This document shows, one piece after another, positions 41,416 through 55,909 of a stretch of 64,000 nucleotides of DNA (position 1 is the stretch's first letter; the number at the start of each line of letters is the position of its first letter). The stretch is from Eledone cirrhosa (lineage: Eukaryota), in NCBI GenBank assembly GCA_964016885.1, contig OZ024741.1, positions 175,956,001-176,020,000 of the forward strand, written 5' to 3'. Position numbers and translations under genes: made by a program. The notes below the pieces were generated by a model. It saw nothing but the letters and a program-made list of their open reading frames with translations. It made no database searches and was not told the origin of the DNA.

Positions 41416-42129
41416 TATATTGTATTATATTATATACATTCATATATATTTATATATATATATACTTTATACGTTGGAAGGTAGATTAAATATCACCTGT
41501 GGATTGTTAACTTATTCAGGGACCCCAGGTGGATGGGTGTCAAAATTTACATCGCTGGGATTTGAATTCAGAGTACAGAACAAACACAAGAATGAATTTT
41601 ACCCAACGCTTCAATATATTTGCCGATTCACTAGCTGCCTTGATTTTAACTCTGCCCAATCTTCGCTGATCTGGGGTTAAACAATAGCCACAGTGGCAGC
41701 AGAATCAGTAACTGCAACAGCATAACAACAACAAAAACAAAAACATTAATTTGAAAGCGCTGGTGCAATCGCTACTGGCATACTAATCAAAATACGCGCC
41801 TGAAAATCAAAATGACATGTCAGCTGTAATGACAACCGAATTGTCATTTATAATATAATTATTGTTTGGTTTTTCGAACAAGAAAATTCCATCAAATTAA
41901 TCAATTTAATAATAGATTAACTTGTTTCATAAGATAATTGTTGATATTCTAAAACACACCCTATTGTTAAAATACTTAGATTCCTTGACAAAGCAAATTC
42001 AATGTGAACAAATTTGTATCATTATTATCACTTTTAAAATAATTTCAAAGTCTAATGAATCGGTGCTTGTTTTTACTGTAACAGAACTTGTTTGAAATGT
42101 ATATACTCCCCTTGATAAGGTACCTCATT

Positions 42130-43235
42130 ACATCATCAGTAGCACTAAATGTATGAAAAATATGGATTCGCCCTGGATAAGATACTAGAATCTAAAATAC
42201 GTTTCTTTATCAGTAAACGAATGAAGATTATCTATTCGTCTTGCATAAGATGCCAGAGCCCAAATTTTTCTGCAGCAGGAAATATATATCTTCCTCTGAA
42301 TAAGACAACATGTGTTAATTTAATTGTCAGCAGAACCAAACGGAATAAGAAAAAACGATATGATAACAGCTGATGGACATTTGAACGAAGATCTGCTGAA
42401 TCGCATAGGCAATGGGCTACCATTATTTCCGGTTGGACACGCTGATGGTTTGAAGTAAATATACGAGAATTAGAGGGAAATTCTGATCTGTACAATAAAT
42501 ACCGGTGGTGGCAGATCTGTAGTTACTAAAAGAGGTTGATTTGATGATGGGGCTACAATCAGGCTACACAAAATACTGATGTTGTTTTGTGTGGATGGGA
42601 CAGTCGTGAAAAAGATTCTCATTACACAGGAAAGACTGTTTACGTCGTAACTCACTAGAAACTAGGGTAAAAAGAAACTGATTAACATTGCCTCTTGTAG
42701 ATAGTGAGAAATCTCAGCTACCAACGTTGTACCTCAAAACTGTGGTTGATAAAATATTTTATAAAAACTCTAGATAAGTAGAAAAGGCTTTCCAGTATCT
42801 TGGAAGGAAGTTTCCAAAACTAAGTTATGCGAAAATTAATGAGCGCGTGTTTGGGTCACCCATATTCGTGAAATCTCGAAGAACGCTGAATGTCGATGAA
42901 TTTCTCAGGAAAAGGTAGCTTGGAACAATTTTCAATTTATCTTACAGAATTATCTAGGAAATCATAAATCAGAAAACTAACAGAATCTAGTACTTTCCTA
43001 CCAGCAACTGGACTGTAATATGATTTTGAAGATCTACTTTCTTCATTCCCACTTTGATTTCTTCCCATTAATTGGCGGTTCGATGAGCGATAAACATGAA
43101 GCTCTTTTTCACCAAAATATTGCAGCCATAGAAAAACATCAGTATAAATTAAGTCAAAACATGATTACTGATGGTCAATTGCAAGAGATGCACAAGAACT
43201 TAAATACAAGAGGAATACTAATGAACTCAGCATGA
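42130..43235 (+). pseudogene. DNA transposase relic, Chapaev3-like (CMC superfamily)
   Basis: GNGLPLFPVGHA, QSGYTKY..WDSREKDSHY, FQYLGRKFPKLSYAKINE, LKIYFLHSHFDFFP..SMSDKHEALFHQNI; many stops and frameshifts; family name from recall. Confidence 0.75.
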
Positions 43236-43642
43236 AGTGAGTGATATTTTTCATCATTATCCTTACGGGGTCGATAAAATAAAGTACCAGTAATACACTG
43301 GCTTTGTGCCAAAAGTCGAAACAATTATCACTTATTGATAAATCATAAAATCTAAAATATCTAAATTATTAGACCTAAACACACAATTAGTTTGTCATTG
43401 CAAGTTTAGCACCCCAAAAGGCATAAAGAAAGTAATATCTGGTATTAATGTTAATAAAAGTCTTTATTAAAATCCAACTTTGCAGTTAGGAAAACACCAC
43501 AGTTACTTCTAATATTGTTTCTTAAGCAATTATATTTAAACAAATATTTTATTCAATTAAAAAACAGAAACAAAAACAAAACAAATTAATAGCTTTTTCA
43601 CATTATATTTAGCAAGCCATCTATTATTTAAACCTCGAGATA

Positions 43643-44020
43643 CAGGGCTGCTCAGTTCTTCATGAACATTTGCATGAATTTAGTAAAAGACACAAGTCGC
43701 GCAAGAAGAGCCTTATTTGAAGAAAGATTGGCATGAATAATCTTCAGACTATTCTTGACATAGCTACGTAATGAATCGGCAGCTAGCATCGGTGATTGCT
43801 TCAATACGAAGTCAAACATGCCATGCCCGATGATTTCAATTATTCAGGACAATGTGCTAGTTATGGTGGATTTAAAGCAACGATTACAGTATGGCTTCTT
43901 TATTTTCTGAGTTAGATAGATGTCTGTCATAATCTATCTGAAAAGAATTGATAATCAGAACTAGTTAGAAGAACGTTAAAGCTATTAAGAACCGTGACAT
44001 CTAAGAACTGAGCAACCCTC
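43643..44020. mobile_element. Tc1/mariner-type MITE
   Basis: TA|cagggctgctcagttctt ... aagaactgagcaaccctc|TA. Confidence 0.75.
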
Positions 44021-44394
44021 TAGATGTTAATGGAAAACTTATAAAAAGGTAAATCAAAATATAATTTCAAGCATACATTAATATTAGATATGAACTCAAA
44101 ATGTCAGTGCTGTTGGAATAAAAGAGAAAACATAGACACAGATTAAAAAATGTAAGAAAAATCAGTAAAATATACAAGATCTCAAGTCTTAAAAAAATAA
44201 AACTTTACAACTCATTTATAGTAAAGATTGAATACAATATAACTTAATAAAGAGCCGCATAACATAATTACTAGTTTGGTTTCCAATTTATGACATGAAA
44301 TTCTATTTCTCCAGCAGTGAAGGTAATGATATTTTGAGAAATATAATATATATATATATATATATATGCACATACACAAATACGTTTATATTAA

Positions 44395-44431
<37 letters not shown>

Positions 44432-44624
44432 AGTGAGAGAGAGAGAGTGTGTGTGGGTGTGAGAGTGTGTGCGTGTGTGCGCGTGTATGTGTGCGTGCGG
44501 GTGTGATACTCACATAGACAGTTGCGTATATATAATGTATATCTATATCTATCTACCTGCCTATCTACCTACCTACCTATCTATCTAACTGTCCATCTAT
44601 ATATCTATCTATCTATACACATAC

Positions 44625-45118
44625 ATGATGGCTGCAAACTCTGCTAAGAGTAATGCAATCGCTTGTCAGATTACAGAAACTGGTGCACTTTTAGGCTACA
44701 GCCAGCCACACGAACCTCATAGCCTGAACAAGCAATGTCTGTGCTTTGAAGGTTTTTTAAGTGAGGAAAAGCATTGCACTCGACCAATCCCACTCTCTGG
44801 GCATCAAAAACACTACCCGAAAAAGAGAACTGGTCAACATGATCGGATGCTTCCGAAACCGTAGGTATTTTTTCAGAGTTTCTCTCTCTTAGAAAGGTTC
44901 TGTGACAACAACTGGTGGCCTTTCACTCCCAGGTGAAAAAGAAAAGTACTATTTGGATGGCCGTTGACTCTGCTGAGTTCCTCCGCCCTTCGCCGGGTCT
45001 TTTATCTTATCCTGCAGGGTGTCCAAATATCACCCTCCTCACCAAGCAGGCTTGGTTCGGTAGCCGGTTTAGTCGCCGACGAACCAATCATGAGACAGGT
45101 TTACTGGCTTACATGTTA
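44625..45118 (-). mobile_element. RTE-derived element, type 2
   Basis: Reverse-complement homology to 26350-26842. Confidence 0.75.
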
Positions 45119-45348
45119 TTAAATATTAATAACATTTATTTTGATATTTTGCTCCTTATAACAGTCTTTGCTCTCTCTATGTGTGGTTGAGCACTTTTCT
45201 TTGAGTGGTTTCGGGGTGCCTTTCTAGCCGCTCGTGTCACAAAGACCACTGGATCACTGTCCTTCACACGCACTTACTTCTCTATACTACGTGTTGCAAG
45301 GTGGTTATCCTAAATCTTCGTAGAGTTGTCTGGAATGTATTTACTTAA

Positions 45349-45429
45349 CACACGCTGATGAGCCATAGGTATTTCCATTTCAGTCACTAATTTTTTGGCG
45401 AAAGAAATCTCTTTGGATTTGTACGTATG
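45349..45429 (+). ncRNA. Type I hammerhead in a PLE-like 3' end (~45120-45665)
   Basis: cacacg CTGATGA gcca..tggc GAAA g aaatc..gattt g TA cgtatg; one mismatch each in stems I and III. Confidence 0.75.
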
Positions 45430-45674
45430 TGATATATAGGTATAGAGCTGGGTATACTGATTTTGATTTATATTTTTAATATATTATGTGTCTACCTCAC
45501 CTTCTGTAGTTCATAGATTCCATATACTGGTGGTTTCCCTGTTTATTAATAGCACACACTCTCTCCTTCTAGTGTGTTATCCTTTCTACATATTGTTTTT
45601 TGAAGAGCCCAGGATTCCTTTTCCTTTGAGCACATAATTTACAGGGACTAACACGACTCCGTTAATTTATATAC

Positions 45675-45707
<33 letters not shown>

Positions 45708-48700
45708 TATACATATACAGTATATATATATATGTTATATATATATATATATACACACACATATATATATATATATATAACTGTTTCTACTTTTTACACA
45801 AGGCCAGCAGTTATTACCAGCAGTGTATTACTGGTACTTTATTTTATCGACCCTGTAAGGATGAAAGGCAAAGTTAACCTCGGTGGGATTTGCAAAGCAA
45901 AGTTACATTCATGTCTTTTTTCTCTTTTCCATCTTTCTCTCCCCCTTTCTCTCAGCTGCCATCGCCTCAACCCTCACCTCGTTTCACCTACTCTCATTCT
46001 TTCACCTACTTCCTTTCTGGCATTATACCTATTCTTCAGAGTTTTGTCTGTCTGCCTTAGCAGATCCCCTTTCTTCAAGTACATACTCCTGACGATATTA
46101 ATTTCTCAACTTTTCAGTCAGCTTTAACATGTTGCATATTATACATGCTAAGTCTGTTGTCTATTTATTTCTAGTAGTGTTTATACGTTTTTCCATTCTT
46201 TGTTGCCTTATCTAACAACAGAGCATCTCTCCAATCTGTTGCACAAACCGGCATCACAAGTGTACTATCGCATTAATATACTTATATATGAATATATCAA
46301 AAGTAAATAAATTTATGAACTCTATTGTTCAAATCCAAGCATAAAGATAAAACAAAAACAATGTATTCATCAGAATATACCAGCGTCACCCAATGTGTGT
46401 TATGGGAATAGAATTTGCTGTTCAAAGATATTAGACGTGTTTTTATATATAATTTAATAATTTATTACTTGCTTTCTTATATTTCATTAACTCTTCGTTC
46501 CAAACCAAATTTTGCTTCATCTAATGTGTTACTGCAATTACTTTTGTCGATATTGTCTGTAATATATAGTTATGGGGCACACAACAAAATAAGTTTGGGA
46601 ATGATTGATATACCGAGGCTGCATGGAAGGCAAGATTCATCGTTAGCAACGATTTGATCTATCATCGTCGAGTTTGGAAATCACTTCCATACGAAATTGT
46701 ATGGTTTATATTTTCAGGAATGCTACAAAATACAGAATTTATGAGGGTATTAAAACCTGAATTCATCACTTATTTAAATCAATAAATGACAGAAAACATG
46801 AACTAAACTAAAAGTAAATTATTTAATTTTTTTTGTGGAAAATATGATCTGAAATAAACGATGATATTCTGCAGCGCTTGCCATAAATCTGTCATGTATG
46901 TCGGTGCTGGTTATATGAAAAATTCAAGAAAGATTGCTTTGAATCAGCAATAAGATTTGATGGGGCGATATAATTGGTATGATGCATATAATGGTATTAA
47001 TTTAGCCTTATCCGTCAAAGTGATGGACAAGTGATTCCGTGTTATCAAAATGTTACTGGATGAATTGTTTCAAGGAAGACATTTTACAAATACGTCTTTT
47101 TTCCCTCAATACATAACATATCTTTAAGTCTGGCAATATGTCAACATAATAATGTTTCCGTTCCTACAGCCAAAATCAATGTAATAACCTCCATAATAAT
47201 GATAGATTGGCCTGGGTAGTAACCTAACCAAAACCTTATTAAAAACCTCGTACTTGTTTGAGTTAGAGACATGTCGAGCGCTATCATTAAAGTCAACAAG
47301 TCAGCCGGCTATGACGCAAATCTCAGAGGTGCGCTTTTCTGAATCTTTAAGAACCACAGTTTTATACACATATGTATAATTAAACTAAGCATATAGCAAT
47401 TTCCTGCTGTGAATAAATACATAACTAAACGTCTTAGCTTCATTGCATCGTTACTGATATATCCAAAGCAGCAGAGAGGATAATGTGGTGTTATGACTTG
47501 TCACATGATTTAGCATGAGTGAGTGTATAATATGCAGTGATAAATCTAGGCTTTCTAATTTTCTCAGTGTAGTCTGAGCAAGAAGTGTTAAAACTAAGTT
47601 CTTTAGGTTAACAAAATGTAAATTGAAATTAATTTTTGTGAGGTAGCCTAAGATATCAAACACCACGGCCCCGGCTCTGGTCAGATATTAATTCTTTAGA
47701 TGCTTAAAGCACCGAATCCTTATTGACAGCAAATCATTATGAGCAGTACAAATTGGTGTTTACATTATTAAAGAGATACACCAAAAGCATTAAAAAAGAC
47801 ACACTGCTACAGGATAAACTGTCCCGAAGCTTTAAGCTTTAGCAATTTGTTGTGATCCTTATTTAAAATATTAATGATTCTATTTTTAAAAGAATAAATC
47901 CAGGTTTTAAAAACAATTTAAGAATATAACAGATGTTCTATATTCAAAAATACAAATAGAGGTACATGCTAAGATTTTCTCGTAGAGTTTAAATTCTAAT
48001 TAATATGCAATGAATATATAAACACGACGAATTAATTTAACTTAATACCTATCAAATACTCCTTTAAACTTTATCTTTGGTCTTTGAAAATAACACCGTC
48101 GTAAACGTATGCACGTACAAACACACACACACACACACACACATGTATATATAAGTTTACATATTCAATACGAAAGACAGGCGTTAAAACAATTAATTGC
48201 ACTTTCATTAATAGCTGAAGCTTCTTTTTGTCACTCACTACAGCTTACCGTCCTTTGACTTGCCATAGCATACTGTATTTGTCATATGATTGACTTGTGT
48301 TGTTTAATTTTTGAATTATTAAAAAAGACACACATTTTAAGTATTAGTTGGTTTTCATGTTATAGGTCAGTGAAAAAACACTTAATACAAATAACTTTAA
48401 ATTTCGTGCTGTAACCAGCAAGCTGTCAACGAATGAATAATCACCTTGTCTGAAGCTGAAATAATTATTTTAAGATATTTCATTCTTTGTCATGTTTCTG
48501 TTTTTTGTATTCAGTTTATCACAATTCTGAACAAACGTGATATTTTGTATTCGCTCATTAATAAAAGGAAGAGCAGGAGCTTCAATTTTTATCATACTTA
48601 AGAGTATATACATCACAAATCCATAGTCTAAGACGCCGTACGTACATAGCAATATATGTTTGAAAAGTTTTTCTTGACAAAACTCCTGGAAACAAAGACC

Positions 48701-49225
48701 AGAAAAATAAGAACAGGACAGTATTTCCATGGGACAAAACCTCTTGGTCAAATTCCCTACCGAAGGTAAATGTTCTTGCGTATATAGTTACAGTTTATTC
48801 CTAGTCGAGTAAATTGCATACCATAATGTTAGCCATTAAAGATTATAATTTTACTCTTATATTTTTTTTCTCTATGTTATGTTGCTGTCAAGTCGTAGTG
48901 GGGATATTTCCGGAGAGAATTTTGTTTCTATCCCGTTTAAAAAGGCGGATAACTTGGTCACAGCTGTCTAATCCATAAGCATGGGTGTTTTGCCGACGAC
49001 ATCTCTGTTATCCACTTTGTTAGGTTCTATTTTTAATCCTACTGAATATCGTCACAACTTTCTCGCCCAATAAACAGAATGATTGTTTAATCTCTGCGAG
49101 AGAGTTTATATGGCATTAATGACAGATAGAGTTAAAATGGCTGACAAACTGCATATGTGATGTCTTCCTCAAAAAGAAATTCGTTTGTTTCTAAAAATAT
49201 TCCCGTTTTTTTTCTTTTCTTACTA

Positions 49226-49360
49226 TCTTCTTCTTCTTCTTCTTCTTCTTCTTCTTCTTCTTCTTCTTCTTCTTCTTCTTCTTCTTCTTCTTCTTCTTCT
49301 TCTTCTTCTTCTTCTTCTTCTTCTTCTTCTTCTTCTTCTTCTTCTTCTTCTTCTTCTTCT
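49226..49360. repeat. (TTC)n microsatellite
   Basis: Pure trinucleotide run; one of dozens of TA, CA, TC, TATG, TATC and TAC tracts in the window. Confidence 0.95.
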
Positions 49361-50056
49361 CTCTCTCTTTCATTATATACCCCGATGAAGAACTAATGTC
49401 CGACGCATAAGTGCTCTTTTGCTACTGTACCAAGCGTTTAACTAATACATATCATCATTGTATTGGTTGGAATTTATCAATAAAATTATTTTCTTTAATT
49501 TTTCTCTTGATTTCACTTGGGCTGTGTAATTTGTAGAATGGAAATATTATAAATATATTCTGACCACATGCTAGATGGTTACTCAGGGGTATCTGACGGA
49601 CATTTGGGTCTCTGATTTGCTCAACCAACTGTCACGCCTAAACTAATCAGATTTAGTAATCTAGTGAAACTACAGACCGATTGGTCGAAATATAGTTTGC
49701 AAAATTTAACATTCTGTAACCCCTTTTTACTGTATATAAGGCACAGATTTTACCCATCTCATTACAGTTGAAAATTGCAAACTTGACTGTCACCACTGAC
49801 TATGAACCTGAAGATTGCGAAAGCAAGAAAGTGCTTGTTCAATTAACACTTAACATTTAATATTCTACCATAATATTTCATTATATCATTATAATTTTAA
49901 AGGATCGTAAATAAAACGAGTAAATCAGACAAAGTTCGAATTTCTTTTATTTATATATATATATATGCAAAGGGCAAAGAGAAATAACAAAACAAATGAC
50001 ACAGTACCATGAAGAAATATATTATTAGTTTTACGCTTAATATAGTAAGAAAAGTG

Positions 50057-50092
50057 TCTTAACGTTTCAGACGCTAGCCCTTCATCGGAAAA
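50057..50092 (-). ncRNA. Minimal hammerhead, CCGAUGA variant
   Basis: tttt CCGATGA aggg ctagc gtct GAAA cg TT aaga; related partial motifs at ~34011-34030 and ~49381-49410. Confidence 0.55.
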
Positions 50093-50867
50093 TAGAATGA
50101 GAAATCAAAGAAGAAACAGAAAGATAAAGGACAGTGGGCAGTGACAGAAACGATAAAAAAATCTTCCCGAATATACAGGTCCATTCATGTGGCTTAAGCA
50201 AAAAGGACAACACCAATTACGAAATCGAAAGCTTATCGACAGATATGAATACGAAACATTACAAGAAGACAGTAAAACGGACAGAAAATATGAACAAGGA
50301 ATCAAGAACATCCCATCGTTAATTACTATTAGACGTTGTAACCAAATTGTGCGTATGCAGTGATCAAATTATAACGTTGCTTCGGAAATAACAATAAATA
50401 CATGTAATGAGAATGGAGTCAAATAAATAAAAGAAACAACATAAAAAACAAGAATGTGTCACAAGCAAGTCATCGGAAGGTACGAATATGAATACAGGTA
50501 AATCAACAAGGGAATATTAGAAATTTATAATAATCGTACATATATTATTCAGTAGACAGTATGACGGTAACAAACGAGCGTGTTTTGAAATGGCTGAGAG
50601 AAAAATAAATTTACTAGACGCGTTTGATTGGAAAGATATTTCTCGCACGTCCCTCTGCAGATTCCAGATATATTGTCATAGTATAATGTATCGTTTTCGC
50701 TTGGAGTACAAGACGAGTAGATGGATTTATATACTGTTTTTTACACATAATCCTGTAACTTTCATAAATATTACATAATAGAATTTTTATTATTTATAAA
50801 GGCCGTGGATTGTTAGACTATTGTACAGGCACAGACCCAAGGCTAAATGTACGTTCTGTCCTTCACA

Positions 50868-51052
50868 GTGGATTGGCAGTATCGGTAGAGGGTCGGACTC
50901 CATGCTTTGCATGAAGGAGTTACGGCCCTTTGCGGTCTGAGTTCAAATCCCGCCGAGGTTAACTTTGCCTTTCATCCTTACAGGGTCGATAAAAAAAATA
51001 CCAATAATACACTGGGATAATTGCTGGCCTTGTTCCAAAGGTAGAAACATTT
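50868..51052 (+). mobile_element. tRNA-SINE family A
   Basis: gtggattggcagtatcggtagag..gagttcaaatcccgccgaggttaactttgcc. Confidence 0.88.
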
Positions 51053-52288
51053 ATTTCTTTAAACCAATAAAATATAATTGAGGCACCATAATTCCAAGCT
51101 TAAATTTCCAATACTCCTTTTTACCGAGTGGGCAAATGATCAAATTGATCATCTAGCTTTAGTAAACCTATTGTCACACAGTTTGCTCAATGATAATTTT
51201 GTAACTCATTTACGCATATTTTTTCCAAAACTTCATTTTATTAAATATATTCTAAAACATGTTTTATATGTACATTTTGTCAGCCGCTACTTTCTTGTAT
51301 ATGTGTTCCATTCATAGGTGTGGTTGTGGCTTTAGAAATCTACCAGCAATATTTTATTTCAATCTGTTTCATTAACTACTTTTCTGTTAGTACGTTTGTA
51401 GTTTAACTGATATCAGAGATTTTGTTGCTCTGTCAATATTCGTTTTATGTAAAAAGAGTCACTATGGTAGTATATGGCTTGAGGTGAATGAAAACAAATG
51501 TGTGTGGTTGTAGAACGAAAATACATGTGAAAGAAAGCAGACAGGTGGGAAAGAGGGAAGAATGGAGATAACAAGAGAGAAAGATAGAAAATATATATAT
51601 TTCTTCTTTTTTGTAAAGTTAGATGCACCAAATAAATTTTTTATAAAAGAAGAATCTGTAAGTTTTCAGATCTCAAAACATTTCAAAATGTTTACACATC
51701 CAAAGAGAATGTTTCATACAGCAAATTACTTCTTTGAAATCTGGACTTTCATGTTTGCTTTAGAATTTCTAACAAACCTGTCCCTATGTAGAATTTTGAC
51801 ATATAATTAAACTTGACAGCTGTAATGCCTTGATAGATAGTTACTACAGTTCCTCTCAAATATAACCACACGGTGTTTTGACTAGTTTGCTATAGATTGA
51901 GAGGATTTCATAATACAAATTCTAAATCACTTAAATACGTTCACAGCTTTTATTCAAGTTACTCATAGTTAGATTGTATGTTGTTGATGTTGTATAGAGC
52001 AGACCTATGATCAAAGAAACCATTCCAGCCACCAACATTGTGTAATCTTTTTATATCAGCGAGTATGTAATTCAATCTATCTCTTTTAGGAAGAATTGAC
52101 TGTTGATTCTAGCATCTTGTGTGACACATTTATAGGTTTGTATAAAGACGTAACTTTTGATTGATTCGTAGGGGTGCCGTAGGGATCTGAGGCATTTAAA
52201 ACCTGGTGGGGATCATCCTTCTCCAGCTGATCTCTTTCAGAGTAGGTGAGAGAGAGAGGGATATATGTATATTAGAGAGAGAGAGAAA

Positions 52289-52364
<76 letters not shown>

Positions 52365-53120
52365 GAGAGAGAGAGAGTCAGGCAGAAATAAAGAGATATA
52401 GCAGAGGAATCAACACCAATACTGGACTGGTATTTTTATCAACCTCAAAGGAATGAAAGGTAATGTCGGTGGGATTTAGCAGAGAGAGCCGGAACGAATA
52501 CCGCAAACCATTCTATCTTACATAGTAACGACTCTACCAATTAATCGCCCACCGTGGCACATTCCTCAGTTGATAATTCTTTCATACCATCACCTGTTAG
52601 GATTTGAAAAAAAAAATTCTTTTGACTGCATTCAAGTTGTCTCTTCTGCTGGAACTGAGGTATGTTTTGTGTATAACGTTAAAGTTTTACGTTCATGTAT
52701 TTATTCGCTCTTGCATATCCAATTAACGTCTCGAAGCTTGTTTTTACTGTCCATCCTTATTTTATCCCCTATTTCCTTTTTCTGAATAAGCACTTTTATG
52801 CCAACTATCAATTCCAAAGATGTCTTTAAGTAGGATTTATTGACACTTCCTACCCTTCGCTTCCCCAAGAGTTCCATATGTTTGTCTGTTTTGCTTTCCC
52901 GGTGTGTAGCCAGCTCATTCTCCTGCTGCTACCCGTAAAATATTTCTTGCTTCTATTATGTTTTGAATTGTTATTATCTCAAGAATATCATTTAGAATTT
53001 GGGTTTCTTCCTTTGTGTTTTGGTATAGTCTTGAGATTAGGTGCGATTGGTATCAGTGCTTGTGATATGATCTCTTTTAATCTATTTATTATACACGTTT
53101 TATCTTTATTATTTAATCTT

Positions 53121-53350
53121 GGTTTGGGGGCGGTGGATTGGCAGTATCGGTAGAGGGTCGGACGCCATGCTTTCCAGCATAGAGTTACGTCCCTTTACGG
53201 ACTGAGTTCAAATCCCGCCGAGGTTATCTTTGCCTTCCATCCTTACGGAGTCGATAAAATAAAGCACCAGTGACGTACTGGGGTCGATTTAATCGACTTT
53301 CCCCTCCCGCTAAATTACTGGCCTTCTGCCAGTAATTACTAGAAATCATG
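53121..53350 (+). mobile_element. Full-length tRNA-SINE family A with TSD
   Basis: A and B boxes; atttaatctt duplicated at 53111 and 53351. Confidence 0.9.
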
Positions 53351-53740
53351 ATTTAATCTTCGTTCTCTACTCATTCTTTAATATCCCTTTGTTCTGCCAG
53401 CCTGAACTCCATTCTCATTACATACCTCTCAACTATTTTTCCTTGTAGTACTGCATTTTAAAAATGTTTTTTGCTAGTCTAAGACAACTGCACCACCATA
53501 GACTCAGCTTTTACCTCTAAACACTCGTCTCCTGATGTCTTCTATTCCTACATTTATCACTGATTCCTATATTTTTATTTGCCTAGCCTGGTCACTTAGC
53601 TTTTGCCTACATCGACGTATCCATTTTGAGCTAGATAGAACGTATTCGATTCATATAACCAATTTTATTTGGTTGACGCCGACTATAGCAACTTACGTCC
53701 TATCGAATATATTTCAGTCAATATTTCCTTTTATTTTCGA

Positions 53741-54701
53741 CTAGCTGAATTACCCGGCGTTGCCCGGGTTACTGCTGTTCTTATTCAGATTAGTAAAAAA
53801 TAAATATGAAGATATGTTTTTTCTTTCAAAATTATTTGAAAATATCTATATTTTATAAAAGAAATATCAAAATTGTAATGATAACAGAACTTAGAAATGA
53901 AAAACTGTCAATCTTGAAGCACCTTAGAGTAAACAATATCCATTGTGTCATTTTTTGTTGGTGTCCAAATGTATAAATTGTTGCTCCCACACATACACTC
54001 ACACACACTCACATACATATACTAAGACATTCACAGACAGACATACATTCACGTACACCTGTCTGTCATCACATATGTATCTGTATGTATAGATGTGCGT
54101 GTGTGTTTAATTGTCTGTGTGTGAAGACAATGTGTATGCAACTGACTAACGCTATGTGTATGTGTGTGTTTAATTCTCTCAGGCCTAACGTTAAAATAAA
54201 GATTATCACACATTCACTCACACACACATATACTCTCAGATACGCTCTCACATATACTCACATACATATACTAAGACAGACAAACATTGAGATACATTCA
54301 CGCACACTTGTTTGTCATCACATATCTATCTGTATATGTAGATGTCTGTGTATTTAATTGTCTATATGTATGTGTAAATGGGTATGTGATTAATTCTCTG
54401 AGGCCTAACGTATGTAACGAACTCAACTCGCAAACACACACACTCACAGACACATACACACTCATATACAATGTGAAGTCATCGTGGTCGTAGTGGGGGT
54501 GGCGGTTTACTATAGAAAGATTATTTTAGATAAAATATTTAATTTTTTATAATCCGAATGAAAATGAAAATTACATGTTGACACTTCCGGGGTCTAATAC
54601 TTATTACCTTGTACAATTTGATTTGATTTGGTCGAGCCGTTTGGGAATGCATAGGAACGGACATACAGACAGAGAGAGAAATAATTTTATATATATAGAG
54701 A
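53741..54701 (-). mobile_element. Non-autonomous Helitron
   Basis: 5' A|TCTCTATATATA, 3' hairpin cccgggcaacgccggg then CTAG|T; internal ~240 bp tandem duplication. Confidence 0.85.
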
Positions 54702-54986
54702 TGGAATAATCTGAACTTTTCTTGCAGTCGTAAGGTAACGACGAGGCCTCTTTAGCTGTGCAACGGGACATCTGAACCCGTATCCTTCACCATTAGTTCC
54801 AGTCTCTTTGAATCATTGTGGAATAAATAATTACTTGCTATCTCCATTCATCTGTGCATTGTAGTTTTATGCTTACGAAAGCATCGGTTATTTTATTGCG
54901 GCACCAACTCTAGGTGAGTTGGCAACAAAAGCCAGATAGTTTCCCACTCACACTGGGGCTGATTTAACATTGAACCCATGCATTAT

Positions 54987-55039
<53 letters not shown>

Positions 55040-55217
55040 TTGGTGCTTTTTCTTCTGCTATCGATAAAATGGTCGATAAAATAAAGTACCAGTTGTATCG
55101 AATGGCGTCGATATAATCGTCTTTCTCCTTCCCTTAAACTGCTGGCCTTGTGTCAATGTTAAAAATAATAACGATTATTATTATAGCCATTTTACAGATC
55201 GAGAAATAAAGGATATT

Positions 55218-55284
<67 letters not shown>

Positions 55285-55303
55285 CGTATATATAAACATA
55301 TGA

Positions 55304-55383
<80 letters not shown>

Positions 55384-55909
55384 ACATATATACATATATA
55401 CATATATATAACACATAATGACAAAACAAGATTTTCACGACTCCATTACAGAATTTGAAAATCAAACATCTTGCAGGGAATGTAATTAGAATCTGTCTAA
55501 ATATAATTGTCCTTTTGGTGCCACTAGCAGCGAATCAGCATTCAAGTGTATAGCTAAAGAATGGCATCATATCTCATGTGTTTAGAATAATATGGTAGTT
55601 AATGCAAATACATAGTGTATTTATAAATGGCTGTGCGTACGTGTGTATCTGAAAGAGTGAGTGAGTGATTGTACTTGTTTCTTCATAATTGAAATGCTTT
55701 ATTCAGATAATGACAGATAATAACAAATGAATATGTGGAGACAGACAAATTTAGCCTGGAGAGACCAACCATGATATAGCCTAAAGATGGACGGCTGAGA
55801 GCAAATTAAGGGATATTATTCAAGGAGATAATTCTAAAACGAAAGCTAAAGAGACATGGTGCAGATATGAGGACAAACAGCATTTTAATCTGTTTTGTAT
55901 TTTATACTA

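Noticed and set aside
48656-48770. Short ATG-initiated open stretch ending in AG|GTAAAT; similar exon-like bits at ~205-266 and ~59863-59922
   Set aside because: No recognisable protein similarity; splice-like motifs occur by chance in AT-rich DNA. RNA-seq would be needed.
52590-53520. Possible degraded LINE ORF on the minus strand around the SINE
   Set aside because: No diagnostic motif could be read with confidence.
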